The notes under the pieces are model-generated. The model did no database searches. It worked only from the letters and a program-made list of their open reading frames with translations, and was not told where the DNA came from. Both the position numbers and the translations under genes were made by a program. Below, piece after piece: positions 10,084 through 21,887 of a stretch of 64,000 nucleotides of DNA. Source of the DNA: Candidatus Levyibacteriota bacterium (lineage in GTDB: Bacteria; Patescibacteriota; Microgenomatia; Levybacterales; UBA12049); NCBI GenBank assembly GCA_027334565.1, contig DAHWUP010000003.1, positions 31,961-95,960 on the forward strand, read 5' to 3'. The first letter of the stretch is position 1. Each line of letters starts with the position of its first letter.

Positions 10084-12233
10084 ACGTATCGATAATCACC
10101 GTTAATTACAAAGTCGGGGAGAAGGTCTTAAAATGCATCGAAAGCATCGAGGAAACGGTGAGAAATCTGACATACGAAATGATCGTGGTGGACAACGAGG
10201 GCGATACTAACCTTGAGAACCGACTTAATGAACATAAGCACGTTAAATATATAAAAGCCCCAAAAAATATCGGATTCGGTGCGGGAAATAACCTGGGCGT
10301 AAAACACGCTTCGGGTAAATATCTGTTTTTCCTAAATCCAGACACCGTGGTTACTAAGGACGCCATAAAAGTTCTTTACTCATTTCTGGAAAAGGATAAA
10401 ACCGCCGGAATGATTTCCCCACTTATTTTAAAGAATGGCGGACAGCCGCTCGACAAACAGGGATATAAAGAGCTTAATTTAACAAGCGGAGTTTTTACTT
10501 ATTCGTTTTTAAGAAAGTTTTTCCCGAAATATTCCGCCGAAAGTTTCTACTCACTAGCGGACTGGGATAAGACTCCGATAAGACAGGTTGAAACCGTTTA
10601 CGGCGCAGCCATGATGATTTCCAAGGACTTGTTCGATAAGGCCGGCGGATTTGATGAAGATTTCTTTTTATACTTTGAAGAAAACGATCTGTCCAAAAGG
10701 GTAAGGGATTTAGGTTTTAAACTCTATGTCGATGCGAACGCCAGGATAATTCATGAAGTAGGGCAAAGCACAGGGCAATACAGCGACAGAGATGCAATTT
10801 ATGCAAAAAGCAGATACTTATATTTTAAAAAACATTTTGGCAATGTCCGGGCTTTAATGCTTGAGGCGTTATTGAAAGTAAATAAAATCAATCTATTATT
10901 ATTGTTGGCACTTGCCGCGGGGTTAATCCTTAGATTATATAATCTTCAAAACGGCATGCCTTTTATCGGGGACCAGGGCTGGTTCTATCTTTCCGCCAGG
11001 GACATGCTTATTTATGGAAAAATTCCGTTAGTAGGAATTACCTCGAGTCACATCTGGTTGCACCAGGGTCCTTTATGGACATACATGCTGGCTGTAGTTT
11101 TGCCGATTGTTAATTTTGATCCCTTGGCCGGGGCGTACCTGACGATTTTTCTTGGTCTTGCGACGATAATCTTCATGTATAAAATTTGTTCGGAGATGTT
11201 TTCTCAAAATGTAGGTATTTTGGCTTCGTTTTTGTATGCTGTTTCACCCGCGGTCGTTGCTTCGGACAGGATGCCCTTCGATCCCAGCCCGATACCATTA
11301 TTTACACTCCTTTATTTTTATTCGGTATACCGATGGCTAAAAGGTAGTAACAATTTCTTTCCGTTGACATTGTTTTTTGTGGCTATTTTATATAACCTGG
11401 AACTTGCGACCTTTAGTTTGTTCTTCCCGCTTCTGTTGATTTTTTTATACGGTTTAATCAAAAGAAGTGTTTGGATTAAAAGTTTAAAAAACTTGAAAAT
11501 AATTTTTTATTCCATTGCTGCATTTTTAATCCCGATGTTGCCGGTTTTGATTTACGATTTTTATAACGGTTTTAAGCAAACGATAGTTTTTGGCGGTTGG
11601 ATAGTGTATAAATTAGCCGGATTTGTTATCCATCAATCTTCATCGGCTTCAAGCGTTACCGGTGTGATCGATTTTTTAATTAACAGCATTTCGGGACTGA
11701 TTCTGCCAACGTTTACCGTTTTGGCATTTGCTTTATTCTTTTTTGCTTTATTATTTCTACTAATAAAAATTTTAAAACAACGTGTTTTAAGCGATGTTTT
11801 ATTAATGACGTTCGTGATCTTTTCTCTTGGAGGGGTACTTGCTAACCAAGTTCCATCCCAAGCGTATTTGCCGATAATTTTTCCGTTCGTGATTACAATA
11901 ACAGCCATCTTTACAAATTTTTTGGTCTTAAAAAGTAGAATGTTCTACTTACTGTTTTTTATACTTTTAATTACAAATTTTTATTCATCGGCATCATTAG
12001 ATAAAAAGATCGATTTGGGTGATCGAATTAAAGCGGTAAATAAAATAATTGCTTTAACAAGGGGACAAAAATATAATTTAATTGGCAAAGGAAATAACAG
12101 TCAGTTTGAAAGTTTTACCATGAATTACCGGTATTTGTTGTGGTGGAAGGGACATCCCGTCAGCAGCATCTTTGAAAAACTCAAGGTATCGGTCGAGGAG
12201 ACAAACGGTAAAATAATCATTACAAAACTATGA
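10080..12233 (+). CDS. Fusion protein: N-terminal GT2 glycosyltransferase domain fused to a polytopic membrane (GT-C/PMT-like) domain
   Basis: N-terminus VSIITVNYKVGEKVLKCIESI...IVVDNEGD plus FLNPDT. The C-terminal ~450 aa is multi-TM and includes IGDQGWFYLSARDM. Overlaps the upstream gene by 4 nt. Confidence 0.75.
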   Translation: MNVSIITVNYKVGEKVLKCIESIEETVRNLTYEMIVVDNEGDTNLENRLNEHKHVKYIKAPKNIGFGAGNNLGVKHASGKYLFFLNPDTVVTKDAIKVLYSFLEKDKTAGMISPLILKNGGQPLDKQGYKELNLTSGVFTYSFLRKFFPKYSAESFYSLADWDKTPIRQVETVYGAAMMISKDLFDKAGGFDEDFFLYFEENDLSKRVRDLGFKLYVDANARIIHEVGQSTGQYSDRDAIYAKSRYLYFKKHFGNVRALMLEALLKVNKINLLLLLALAAGLILRLYNLQNGMPFIGDQGWFYLSARDMLIYGKIPLVGITSSHIWLHQGPLWTYMLAVVLPIVNFDPLAGAYLTIFLGLATIIFMYKICSEMFSQNVGILASFLYAVSPAVVASDRMPFDPSPIPLFTLLYFYSVYRWLKGSNNFFPLTLFFVAILYNLELATFSLFFPLLLIFLYGLIKRSVWIKSLKNLKIIFYSIAAFLIPMLPVLIYDFYNGFKQTIVFGGWIVYKLAGFVIHQSSSASSVTGVIDFLINSISGLILPTFTVLAFALFFFALLFLLIKILKQRVLSDVLLMTFVIFSLGGVLANQVPSQAYLPIIFPFVITITAIFTNFLVLKSRMFYLLFFILLITNFYSSASLDKKIDLGDRIKAVNKIIALTRGQKYNLIGKGNNSQFESFTMNYRYLLWWKGHPVSSIFEKLKVSVEETNGKIIITKL

Positions 12234-12994
12234 TCTCAGCAGTCATACTTACCAAAAATGAAGAAAAAAACATACTCGATTGCCTTGAAAGCGTTTCCTG
12301 GGTAGACGAGATCATCATTATAGATGATTATTCTACAGACCTAACAGAAAGTGTAGTAAAACAATTTGTAAAAAACAGGAAGATCAGGTTTTTTAAGCGA
12401 AGGCTTGAGAACGATTTTTCGGCACAGCGTAACTTCGGTTTGGAAAAGACAAGATATGATTGGGCGTTGTTCGTTGACGCCGACGAAAGAGTTACAGCAT
12501 CGCTTAGAGAAGAAATAAATTCTATTTTGATCAATGGCACGAATAATTTAAAGACCTCCGGATTTTATGTACCGAGGCTGGATGTTGTTTGGGGAAAAAT
12601 CCTAAAACACGGAGAAACCGGCAATATAAAACTGATTAGATTTGCCAGGAAAAACTCGGGTAAGTGGAAAGGCAAAGTCCACGAGGTGTGGGAGGTAAAA
12701 GGACAAATATCTGAACTTGAAAATCATTTGTTACACTATCCGCATCAGACAGTAAGTGAATTTTTAAGAGAAATCAATTTTTATACCACTATCAGGGCAA
12801 GGGAATTATTCGATAGCGGAATAAAAGTCGGAGCGAAAGAAATTATTTTGTATCCGAAGCTTAAATTTATTGTTAATTATCTATTCAAATTGGGATTTTT
12901 GGACGGTATCGAAGGTCTGGTTTACGCAATCTTGATGAGTTTTCATTCGTTCCTGGTAAGGGCGAAATTATGGATCCTATGGGAAAAAGAGTAG
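12230..12994 (+). CDS. GT2 glycosyltransferase (small soluble WaaE/KdtX-like)
   Basis: N-terminus ISAVILTKNEEKNILDCLESVSWVDEIIIIDDYSTD, with FVDADE as the DxD motif. Confidence 0.8.
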   Translation: MISAVILTKNEEKNILDCLESVSWVDEIIIIDDYSTDLTESVVKQFVKNRKIRFFKRRLENDFSAQRNFGLEKTRYDWALFVDADERVTASLREEINSILINGTNNLKTSGFYVPRLDVVWGKILKHGETGNIKLIRFARKNSGKWKGKVHEVWEVKGQISELENHLLHYPHQTVSEFLREINFYTTIRARELFDSGIKVGAKEIILYPKLKFIVNYLFKLGFLDGIEGLVYAILMSFHSFLVRAKLWILWEKE

Positions 12995-13070
12995 GCGTCT
13001 TTTTGTTTTATACATGGACAATTTTTGTCCTGGCGGTTTACTTTGCTAACCTCTTATGTAGGGTTAACCT

Positions 13071-14651
13071 ATGTTTGAACTGGCATTTTTGATCGGCACA
13101 TTTTCTTATGCGATTTTCTTCTTGGGCGTGCTTGGCTTTTTGTACAAAAGCTATATAATCGTCGTTCTATTGTTATTCTTTTTATCCGGTTTGTATTATT
13201 TTTATTATTATAAACGGATAATGGCACACAATTACACTCTTAAAAAGATATCCCGGGTTTCCAAAATTCTGATTACCATAATTATTCTTCAGGTTTCGGT
13301 TAATCTGGTCGGAGTGCTGGGACCGGAAATATCATTCGACGCGCTTTGGTATCATTTAACCCTGCCAAAAATTTACCTTGAAGCACACCGTATATTTCAT
13401 ATTCCGGGAGGATTATTGTATTATTCCGACATCCCCAAAAATATAGAAATGATATTCTTGGCTTGTCTTTCTTTCGGTAACGAGACATGGGCAAAATTTT
13501 CGCATTTCCTATTCGGTTTATTGACGATTCTTGTAACCTATAAATTTGCCAGAAAGTTCCTTAACGAAAATCTATCACTTTTTGCATCGGCTTTATTTTA
13601 TTCTAACCTTGTCGTCGGATGGGAGTCGATCACGGCTTACGTAGATCTTGGGACAACTTTTTTTACCACGGTTGCATTGTACTGTTTTTGGGAATGGCTG
13701 GAAAAAAAGACCAATAAATTCCTTATATTCACGGCAGTTATCACCGGGTTAACAGTCGCCACCAAAACGGTTTCCTTAAACCTGATCCCTGTCTTTGGTT
13801 TGCTGATACTAGTTAAAGGATTTAGGGACGGATATACCTTTTTAAGAAGCTCTTTTAATCTTGTTCTGTTTACAGCTGTTTCCGTGGTAGTGGGTTCTCC
13901 CTGGTTTATCTTTTCATTCCTAAATACGGGAAATCCTTTCTACCCGCTTTTTGATCCAACACTTAGTATCGTGAATAAATTCTACGCTTTAGGTATCGTA
14001 AACGTTTTTTTGCGGTCACAGGACCCGATAAGCCCCGTATATTTGATCACTCTGCCTTTGATAATTTATTTTTTAAAACGTTTCTCTTTACGGGTTAAAA
14101 TGCTTTTTTTATTCTTTATATCAGCGTTGATATTGTGGTATTTGGATTCCCAGGTGGGCGACAGCAGGTTCCTGTTACCGTATCTTCCGGCTCTTTCGGT
14201 ATTATCCGTTATTTCAATCGACAAATTACATGATAAATTCCTTAAACGATATTTGTTTGCTTTGATTATCATATTGGTGTTTTTTTCAGCTAGTTACCGC
14301 TTTATGGCGAACGCTAAGTATATACCGGTTTTACTGAGAAGCGAGTCGAAATCGGAATTTTTAAGCAAACATCTTAATTTTTCCTTTGGTGATTTCTATG
14401 ACAGCGACGGATATTTCAAAACCCATGTCAAACCTACGGATAAAGTTCTTCTGTATGGATTTCATAATCTCTATTATGTGGATTTTCCCTTTATCGACTC
14501 TTCTTATGTAAAAAAAGGTGACAGGTTTGATTATATTGCGGTCCAGAGCGGAAATATCCCGACAAGGTTTTCAAGTTGGAATAGGATTTACTATAATAGT
14601 TTGACCAAAGTAAGTTTATATTCGCTGGGAGGAAAACAATGGGTTTACTAG
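13071..14651 (+). CDS. Polytopic membrane protein, GT-C-like (ArnT/PMT/dolichyl-phosphate-mannose-dependent transferase-like)
   Basis: 526 aa with more than 10 TM helices. It sits in the glycosylation cluster next to a WaaL-like gene. Confidence 0.5.
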   Translation: MFELAFLIGTFSYAIFFLGVLGFLYKSYIIVVLLLFFLSGLYYFYYYKRIMAHNYTLKKISRVSKILITIIILQVSVNLVGVLGPEISFDALWYHLTLPKIYLEAHRIFHIPGGLLYYSDIPKNIEMIFLACLSFGNETWAKFSHFLFGLLTILVTYKFARKFLNENLSLFASALFYSNLVVGWESITAYVDLGTTFFTTVALYCFWEWLEKKTNKFLIFTAVITGLTVATKTVSLNLIPVFGLLILVKGFRDGYTFLRSSFNLVLFTAVSVVVGSPWFIFSFLNTGNPFYPLFDPTLSIVNKFYALGIVNVFLRSQDPISPVYLITLPLIIYFLKRFSLRVKMLFLFFISALILWYLDSQVGDSRFLLPYLPALSVLSVISIDKLHDKFLKRYLFALIIILVFFSASYRFMANAKYIPVLLRSESKSEFLSKHLNFSFGDFYDSDGYFKTHVKPTDKVLLYGFHNLYYVDFPFIDSSYVKKGDRFDYIAVQSGNIPTRFSSWNRIYYNSLTKVSLYSLGGKQWVY

Positions 14652-15829
14652 AGAAACTTTTCATACTTTTTTTATTTACGTTTCCAACGGGCGTAATTGC
14701 CAGAATTGAACTTTCAAACGGAGTGGCAGTATCGCTTAATGATTTGGTATTATCTGTTTTAATATTGGTTTGGTTTATCTACAAACTAAAAAACAGGAAA
14801 TTTACAAATAATTATCTGTTGAGACCGCTTGCCATATTTGTCGCGATTAGCTTTATAGCACTGCTATTGAACATTTCTGACCTTGGGATTATAAAATTTT
14901 TGATTTCATTTTCATATCTTGCCAGGTATATGGCTTACGCCTTCTTATATTTTATAATCGGGGATTTCTCGTCCAAATTCAGGGAAAAAATCATTAAGTA
15001 TCTTTTTATTTCCGGACTGGTAGTTGTGGTCCTGGGATATTTCCAGTATTTTTTCTACCCGAGTCTTAAGCCGTTATTTAAATTCGGATGGGACGAGCAT
15101 CTTTACCGGATGGTGTCGGTTTTTCTTGATCCTAATTTTGCAGGGGCGTTTTTTAACATATTCTTGTTTTTTACGCTCGATTTTTTAAGGAAAAGCTATA
15201 GAACGTTTTCGAGAACTAAAGTTATTTTTTATTCATTTGTCTCGCTGATCTCACTTTTTGCCGTTTATCTTACCTATTCAAGAAGCGCACTGCTTATGCT
15301 TTTTGTATCGACGGTCGTCTATCTTTGGTTAATAAATAAAAAGAAAATGATCACGGTAGTGCTGGCATTTTTAACTCTTCTAATTTTTGTTTCCCCGCGG
15401 GCATTTCAGACCACGGGAACGGACCTTCTAAGGGTTGTCTCAAGTACCGAGAGGATCAGTTCTTTGCAAATTGCCCTAAAAGTAATTCAGGAGAACCCGC
15501 TTTTGGGTGTAGGTTTTGATGCATACAGATACGCTCAGACCAAGTATGGTCTTGAGGGAGTTTATTGGCAGGTAACCCATTCGGGAGCAGGTACCGACGC
15601 AAGCCTTATTTTTGTTTTAGCGACAACCGGGGTTATCGGTTTTTTTGTTTATCTTTACTTACTGATAAAGGTTTTCAAGCTTGCCAGAAAAAACTTTAAA
15701 AATACCGGTATTGTTCTGTGGGTCATATTAATAGGACTTTTGGTTGATAGTATTTTTATCAATAGTTTGTTTTACGTGTTTATTTTGGAGTGGATATGGA
15801 TTTTGGCCGGGCTTACTGAGAGTAATTGA
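14639..15829 (+). CDS. O-antigen ligase / polymerase family protein (WaaL/Wzy-like)
   Basis: Multi-TM protein carrying the characteristic YSRSALLM motif in a large loop. Overlaps the upstream gene by 13 nt. Confidence 0.7.
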   Translation: MGLLEKLFILFLFTFPTGVIARIELSNGVAVSLNDLVLSVLILVWFIYKLKNRKFTNNYLLRPLAIFVAISFIALLLNISDLGIIKFLISFSYLARYMAYAFLYFIIGDFSSKFREKIIKYLFISGLVVVVLGYFQYFFYPSLKPLFKFGWDEHLYRMVSVFLDPNFAGAFFNIFLFFTLDFLRKSYRTFSRTKVIFYSFVSLISLFAVYLTYSRSALLMLFVSTVVYLWLINKKKMITVVLAFLTLLIFVSPRAFQTTGTDLLRVVSSTERISSLQIALKVIQENPLLGVGFDAYRYAQTKYGLEGVYWQVTHSGAGTDASLIFVLATTGVIGFFVYLYLLIKVFKLARKNFKNTGIVLWVILIGLLVDSIFINSLFYVFILEWIWILAGLTESN

Positions 15830-16520
15830 CCGTTAAATCTTTTTCCGTTCTGTTTCCCGCTTGGTCGGTAGCTACTATTTTTATTTGATTATCACCGTTT
15901 TGAAGAGGTAAGTTATAGGAGAAATTGTTGTTATCGTCAATTACGGCCCAGAAACCGTTGACGGTGACCGAAACTCCAGGATCGGTCGAACCGCTGACCA
16001 AAACGGTATTTTGATCTTTCTGAAATTTTTCTCCATCGGTCGGGTTGGAAACGTCCAGTTTCGGCAGAGAGTTCAAATAAGTGATGCTGATCGGGTTTGA
16101 AAAATTGCTTTCCTTTCCGTTATAAATTTCTTTGGCGGTGATTTGGTTAATGCCTTTGTTCAGTGTTTCGCTAAATTTGAAATTGCCTTTGTCGTCCGCC
16201 GTGGTCTGGTCCGTCTGCAAATTGTTGATATAAAGATAAACATCCCTGCCTTTGTCGGCAATTCCGGTTATAGTCACCTGCGCGCTGTTTGTGGCGGAAA
16301 ACGTAGGATTTAGGGTCGGAGGCGATATAAAGCTGATCGTATTCTGGTCGGATCCGGTCGTTGTGCCCTTTGAGTTGGAGATCAATAAACTAAAATTGAC
16401 CAAAAGTCCCAAACCGAATTTAAAAATCAGAAATAAAATGACAACAATACCCAAAACACTAAAAAAAATGCTTTTCTTAGTGTTTTTTTCCGTTCTTTTG
16501 GTTAACCGCGAAACTCTCAT
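15813..16520 (-). CDS. Membrane-anchored surface protein with bacterial Ig-like domains
   Basis: N-terminal TM segment followed by Thr/Asn-rich beta-rich repeats (VTITGIADKGRD..., VSVTVNGF...). I moved the start to the Met at 16520 because the longer track ORF would overlap tRNA-Thr. Confidence 0.55.
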   Translation of the reverse strand: MRVSRLTKRTEKNTKKSIFFSVLGIVVILFLIFKFGLGLLVNFSLLISNSKGTTTGSDQNTISFISPPTLNPTFSATNSAQVTITGIADKGRDVYLYINNLQTDQTTADDKGNFKFSETLNKGINQITAKEIYNGKESNFSNPISITYLNSLPKLDVSNPTDGEKFQKDQNTVLVSGSTDPGVSVTVNGFWAVIDDNNNFSYNLPLQNGDNQIKIVATDQAGNRTEKDLTVNYSQ

Positions 16521-16522
16521 TT

Positions 16523-16597
16523 TGGAGCCAACGGTGAGAATCGGACTCACGACCTAGTGTTTACGAAACACTTGCTCTACCACTGAGCCACGTTGGC
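16523..16597 (-). tRNA. tRNA-Thr (anticodon CGU), CCA encoded
   Basis: Manual cloverleaf. The acceptor pair GCCAACG/CGTTGGC and the D arm GCTC-AGTGGTA-GAGC both fit. The anticodon arm is AGTGT-TTCGTAA-ACACT and the T arm is GTGAG-TCCGATT-CTCAC. The T-loop has C at position 55 where U is normal. Confidence 0.85.
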
Positions 16598-16614
16598 AAA
16601 AAACCGACAGTTAT

Positions 16615-16643
16615 ATTCTATGAAATTTTCTTTTACAAGGCAA
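16615..16643 (-). promoter_or_regulatory. Sigma70-like promoter for tRNA-Thr: TTGCCT-17-TAGAAT
   Basis: Near-consensus hexamers with a 17-nt spacer. The -10 box ends 17 nt before the tRNA 5' end. Confidence 0.45.
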
Positions 16644-16644
16644 A

Positions 16645-19299
<2,655 letters not shown>

Positions 19300-19302
19300 A
19301 GT

Positions 19303-20823
19303 CTAAATCGTTTTTTTGAATTCTGAAACCGCTTTTTCAATTTTTTTAGTAATTTCTTCCGACGGTTTTGAGCCGGAAGACAGTTCATCAAGTATTTTCG
19401 GATAGTTGCGTTTCATGAAATCATGTAATCTTTCCTCAAGATATGAAACTTTATCCAATTCGATATTATCAAAAAAGCCGTTGGTTAAAGCCCAGATACT
19501 GATAAATTCCAAGGACTCGGGAAGCGGTTGATATTGCGGCTGTTTAAGAATTTCTACCGTTTTTTTCCCTCTTTCGAGTTGTTTGGAGGTGGATTCATCC
19601 AATTCCGATCCGAATTGTGCAAACGCTGCAAGATTATTGTATTGAGCAAGTTCGAGCCTCATTTTTCCGGCGACCGATTTTATGGCCGATGTCTGGGCTG
19701 CGCCTCCGACCCTTGAAACAGAATTGCCCGCGTCTATTGCCGGACGAAAACCGCTATTGAAAAGATCCGATTGAAAAAAGATCTGGCCGTCGGTTATCGA
19801 GATCAGATTTGTCGGGATGTAAGCCGAAAGGTCGTTTGCCTGAGTTTCAATAATGGGGAGGGCGGTGATAGAACCGCCTCCGTTTGCCTTATTCATTTTT
19901 ACTGCACGCTCAAGTAGCCTTGAATGGAGGTAAAAGATATCACCCGGATAGGCTTCACGCCCGGCAGGCCTTCTTAAAACCAACGAGATTTGTCTATACG
20001 CCCATGCATGTTTGGTTAAATCGTCATAAACGATCAAAACATCTTGCCCTTTTTCCATAAAGTACTCGGCAATAGCAACACCTGCGTATGGGGCAAGGTA
20101 CAATAGAGTAGCGGGATCGGACGCCGAGGCCGATACCACTACAGTATAATCCATTGCCTGATACTGTTTAAATTTATCAATCACCTGAGCAATAGTACTT
20201 TGTTTTTGTCCGATGGCAACATATATGCAATACACCGGTTTAAATTTTTTCTGCTTGTTTTCTACCCTTTGGTTGATTATCGTATCCACAGCGATGGCTG
20301 TTTTACCGATACCCCGGTCACCGATGATAAGCTCCCTTTGTCCGCGGCCGATAGGGATCATCGTATCAATGGCTTTGATTCCTGTTTTGACCGGCGTATT
20401 AACGGGTTCTCTTTCAACAACACCCGCGGCTATCCTTTCAAGCGGCATAAGTTTGCCGTTTTTAATCGAATTTCCCTGATCAAGAGGAAAGCCAAGCGGG
20501 TTAATCACTCTTCCCAGTAATTCTTCCGAGGCTTTGATACCGGATAAAAGACCGGTTGTTTTAACAATATGACCTGCTTGAATGTCGTCCGCCTTATCCA
20601 GAAGTATGATCGACACATAGTCTTCATCCAGGTTTAGCACGATGCCTCTGGCTCCATTTTCAAACACAACTTGTTCTCCCATCATAGCTTTGGATAATCC
20701 GTTAGCCACAATGACTCCGTCGGTATTTTTTTCAACCACTCCGATGTTGGCTTGTTCGGGACCGACACTGAATGCGGACAATTTCTTTTCCAGCTTTTTA
20801 ATGATTTCTTCCGAATCCTGCAT
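19303..20823 (-). CDS. atpA: F1 ATP synthase alpha subunit
   Basis: Walker A GDRGIGKTA, 506 aa, alpha-subunit signature. Confidence 0.97.
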   Translation of the reverse strand: MQDSEEIIKKLEKKLSAFSVGPEQANIGVVEKNTDGVIVANGLSKAMMGEQVVFENGARGIVLNLDEDYVSIILLDKADDIQAGHIVKTTGLLSGIKASEELLGRVINPLGFPLDQGNSIKNGKLMPLERIAAGVVEREPVNTPVKTGIKAIDTMIPIGRGQRELIIGDRGIGKTAIAVDTIINQRVENKQKKFKPVYCIYVAIGQKQSTIAQVIDKFKQYQAMDYTVVVSASASDPATLLYLAPYAGVAIAEYFMEKGQDVLIVYDDLTKHAWAYRQISLVLRRPAGREAYPGDIFYLHSRLLERAVKMNKANGGGSITALPIIETQANDLSAYIPTNLISITDGQIFFQSDLFNSGFRPAIDAGNSVSRVGGAAQTSAIKSVAGKMRLELAQYNNLAAFAQFGSELDESTSKQLERGKKTVEILKQPQYQPLPESLEFISIWALTNGFFDNIELDKVSYLEERLHDFMKRNYPKILDELSSGSKPSEEITKKIEKAVSEFKKTI

Positions 20824-20824
20824 A

Positions 20825-21172
20825 TTATTTATTTATGGCATTGACCAAGTTTTTAAGATTGTTTTTAAGATTGTTTTCATAAATCATGTCGTTGTCGATG
20901 ATTCTTATGCCGGCGATAAGCGACCGATCCTTTGTGAAGACCAAGTTTTTGCTGCCATAGAGGCTTTTAATAGATTTCTTTTCTTCCGTTCCCAATTCAT
21001 TTGCCGTCTGGATATAAACGGTCTTAGTGCTTTCCAGGTTTTTTAAAGCCCGAAGATAATATTTAAATTCACTCCTTTTTAAGTATTTGACGATCAGATT
21101 TACTTTACGTTCATCCAATTTTCCGTTGGTATAGCTTGCCAAAGCCAGCTTTTTAAGTAGTTGACGATTCAT
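20825..21172 (-). CDS. atpH: ATP synthase delta (OSCP) subunit, unusually short (115 aa)
   Basis: Occupies the position between atpF and atpA and shows weak OSCP-like features. It is about 60 aa shorter than the canonical delta. Confidence 0.55.
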   Translation of the reverse strand: MNRQLLKKLALASYTNGKLDERKVNLIVKYLKRSEFKYYLRALKNLESTKTVYIQTANELGTEEKKSIKSLYGSKNLVFTKDRSLIAGIRIIDNDMIYENNLKNNLKNLVNAINK

Positions 21173-21175
21173 ATT

Positions 21176-21679
21176 TTAATTAACGTTTTTTAAATTATCC
21201 ATTGTTTTTCTGAGAATCCTTTTCTGTTCGTCTTCGGAAATTAGACCCTCCAGAGATTTTGAGACCAGGTCATGGGCGATAACGGTAATTTTTTGGGTAA
21301 GCCTTTCTTCCGCCTCTTTGGATTCCCGTTGGATCTGCTCTCTGGCAGCCAGAAGCAGCCTTTCTCCTTCGTTTTTCGCGTTTTCGTTGATTTGAAGCGC
21401 AGCATCCTCAGCCTGCTGTCTGGCTTCACCAAGGACCCTCTGAGCTTTTAATTCTGCCTCCCGAAGGATTTCCTTTTCCCGCTCCAGGGACTTTTCAAGT
21501 GTAGCGCGTGATTCTTCCGCCTGTTTTAAACCTTCGGCGATTTTGTCTTCCCTCTGCTTTATCATTTCCAAAACAGGTTTATACAAAAAACGCTTCAACA
21601 AATAAAGTATGATTAAAAAATTCAGGATCTGAGCCCCCAGCAAAACAGGATCAAATCCAAGATTTTTCAGAAAATCCAT
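21176..21679 (-). CDS. atpF: Fo ATP synthase subunit b
   Basis: N-terminal TM helix followed by a long charged coiled coil. Operon position fits. Confidence 0.85.
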   Translation of the reverse strand: MDFLKNLGFDPVLLGAQILNFLIILYLLKRFLYKPVLEMIKQREDKIAEGLKQAEESRATLEKSLEREKEILREAELKAQRVLGEARQQAEDAALQINENAKNEGERLLLAAREQIQRESKEAEERLTQKITVIAHDLVSKSLEGLISEDEQKRILRKTMDNLKNVN

Positions 21680-21680
21680 A

Positions 21681-21887
21681 TTACTTCAAGAAAGCAAAAA
21701 TCAAAGAATAAATTGCGATCGCTTCCGCAAAAGCCATACCTAAAAGCATTGCCGGTAGAATCTTTCCTGTTGCCTCGGGATTTCGTCCAATTGCTTCCAT
21801 AGCTTTTGCGCCAATAAGACCGATGGCCAAAGCTGCCATTTGTCCTCCGATTGCGATAATCAAACCGCCTGAAACGCTAAAATTCAC
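21681..21887 (-). CDS. atpE: Fo ATP synthase subunit c
   Basis: 68-aa two-helix hairpin with conserved GLIGAKAMEAIGRNPE and FAEAIAIYSL. Confidence 0.92.
   Translation of the reverse strand: MNFSVSGGLIIAIGGQMAALAIGLIGAKAMEAIGRNPEATGKILPAMLLGMAFAEAIAIYSLIFAFLK

Noticed and set aside
16521-16550. Upstream start of the Ig-like protein ORF at 16550
   Set aside because: It would overlap tRNA-Thr (16523-16597) on the same strand. The internal Met at 16520 was chosen instead.
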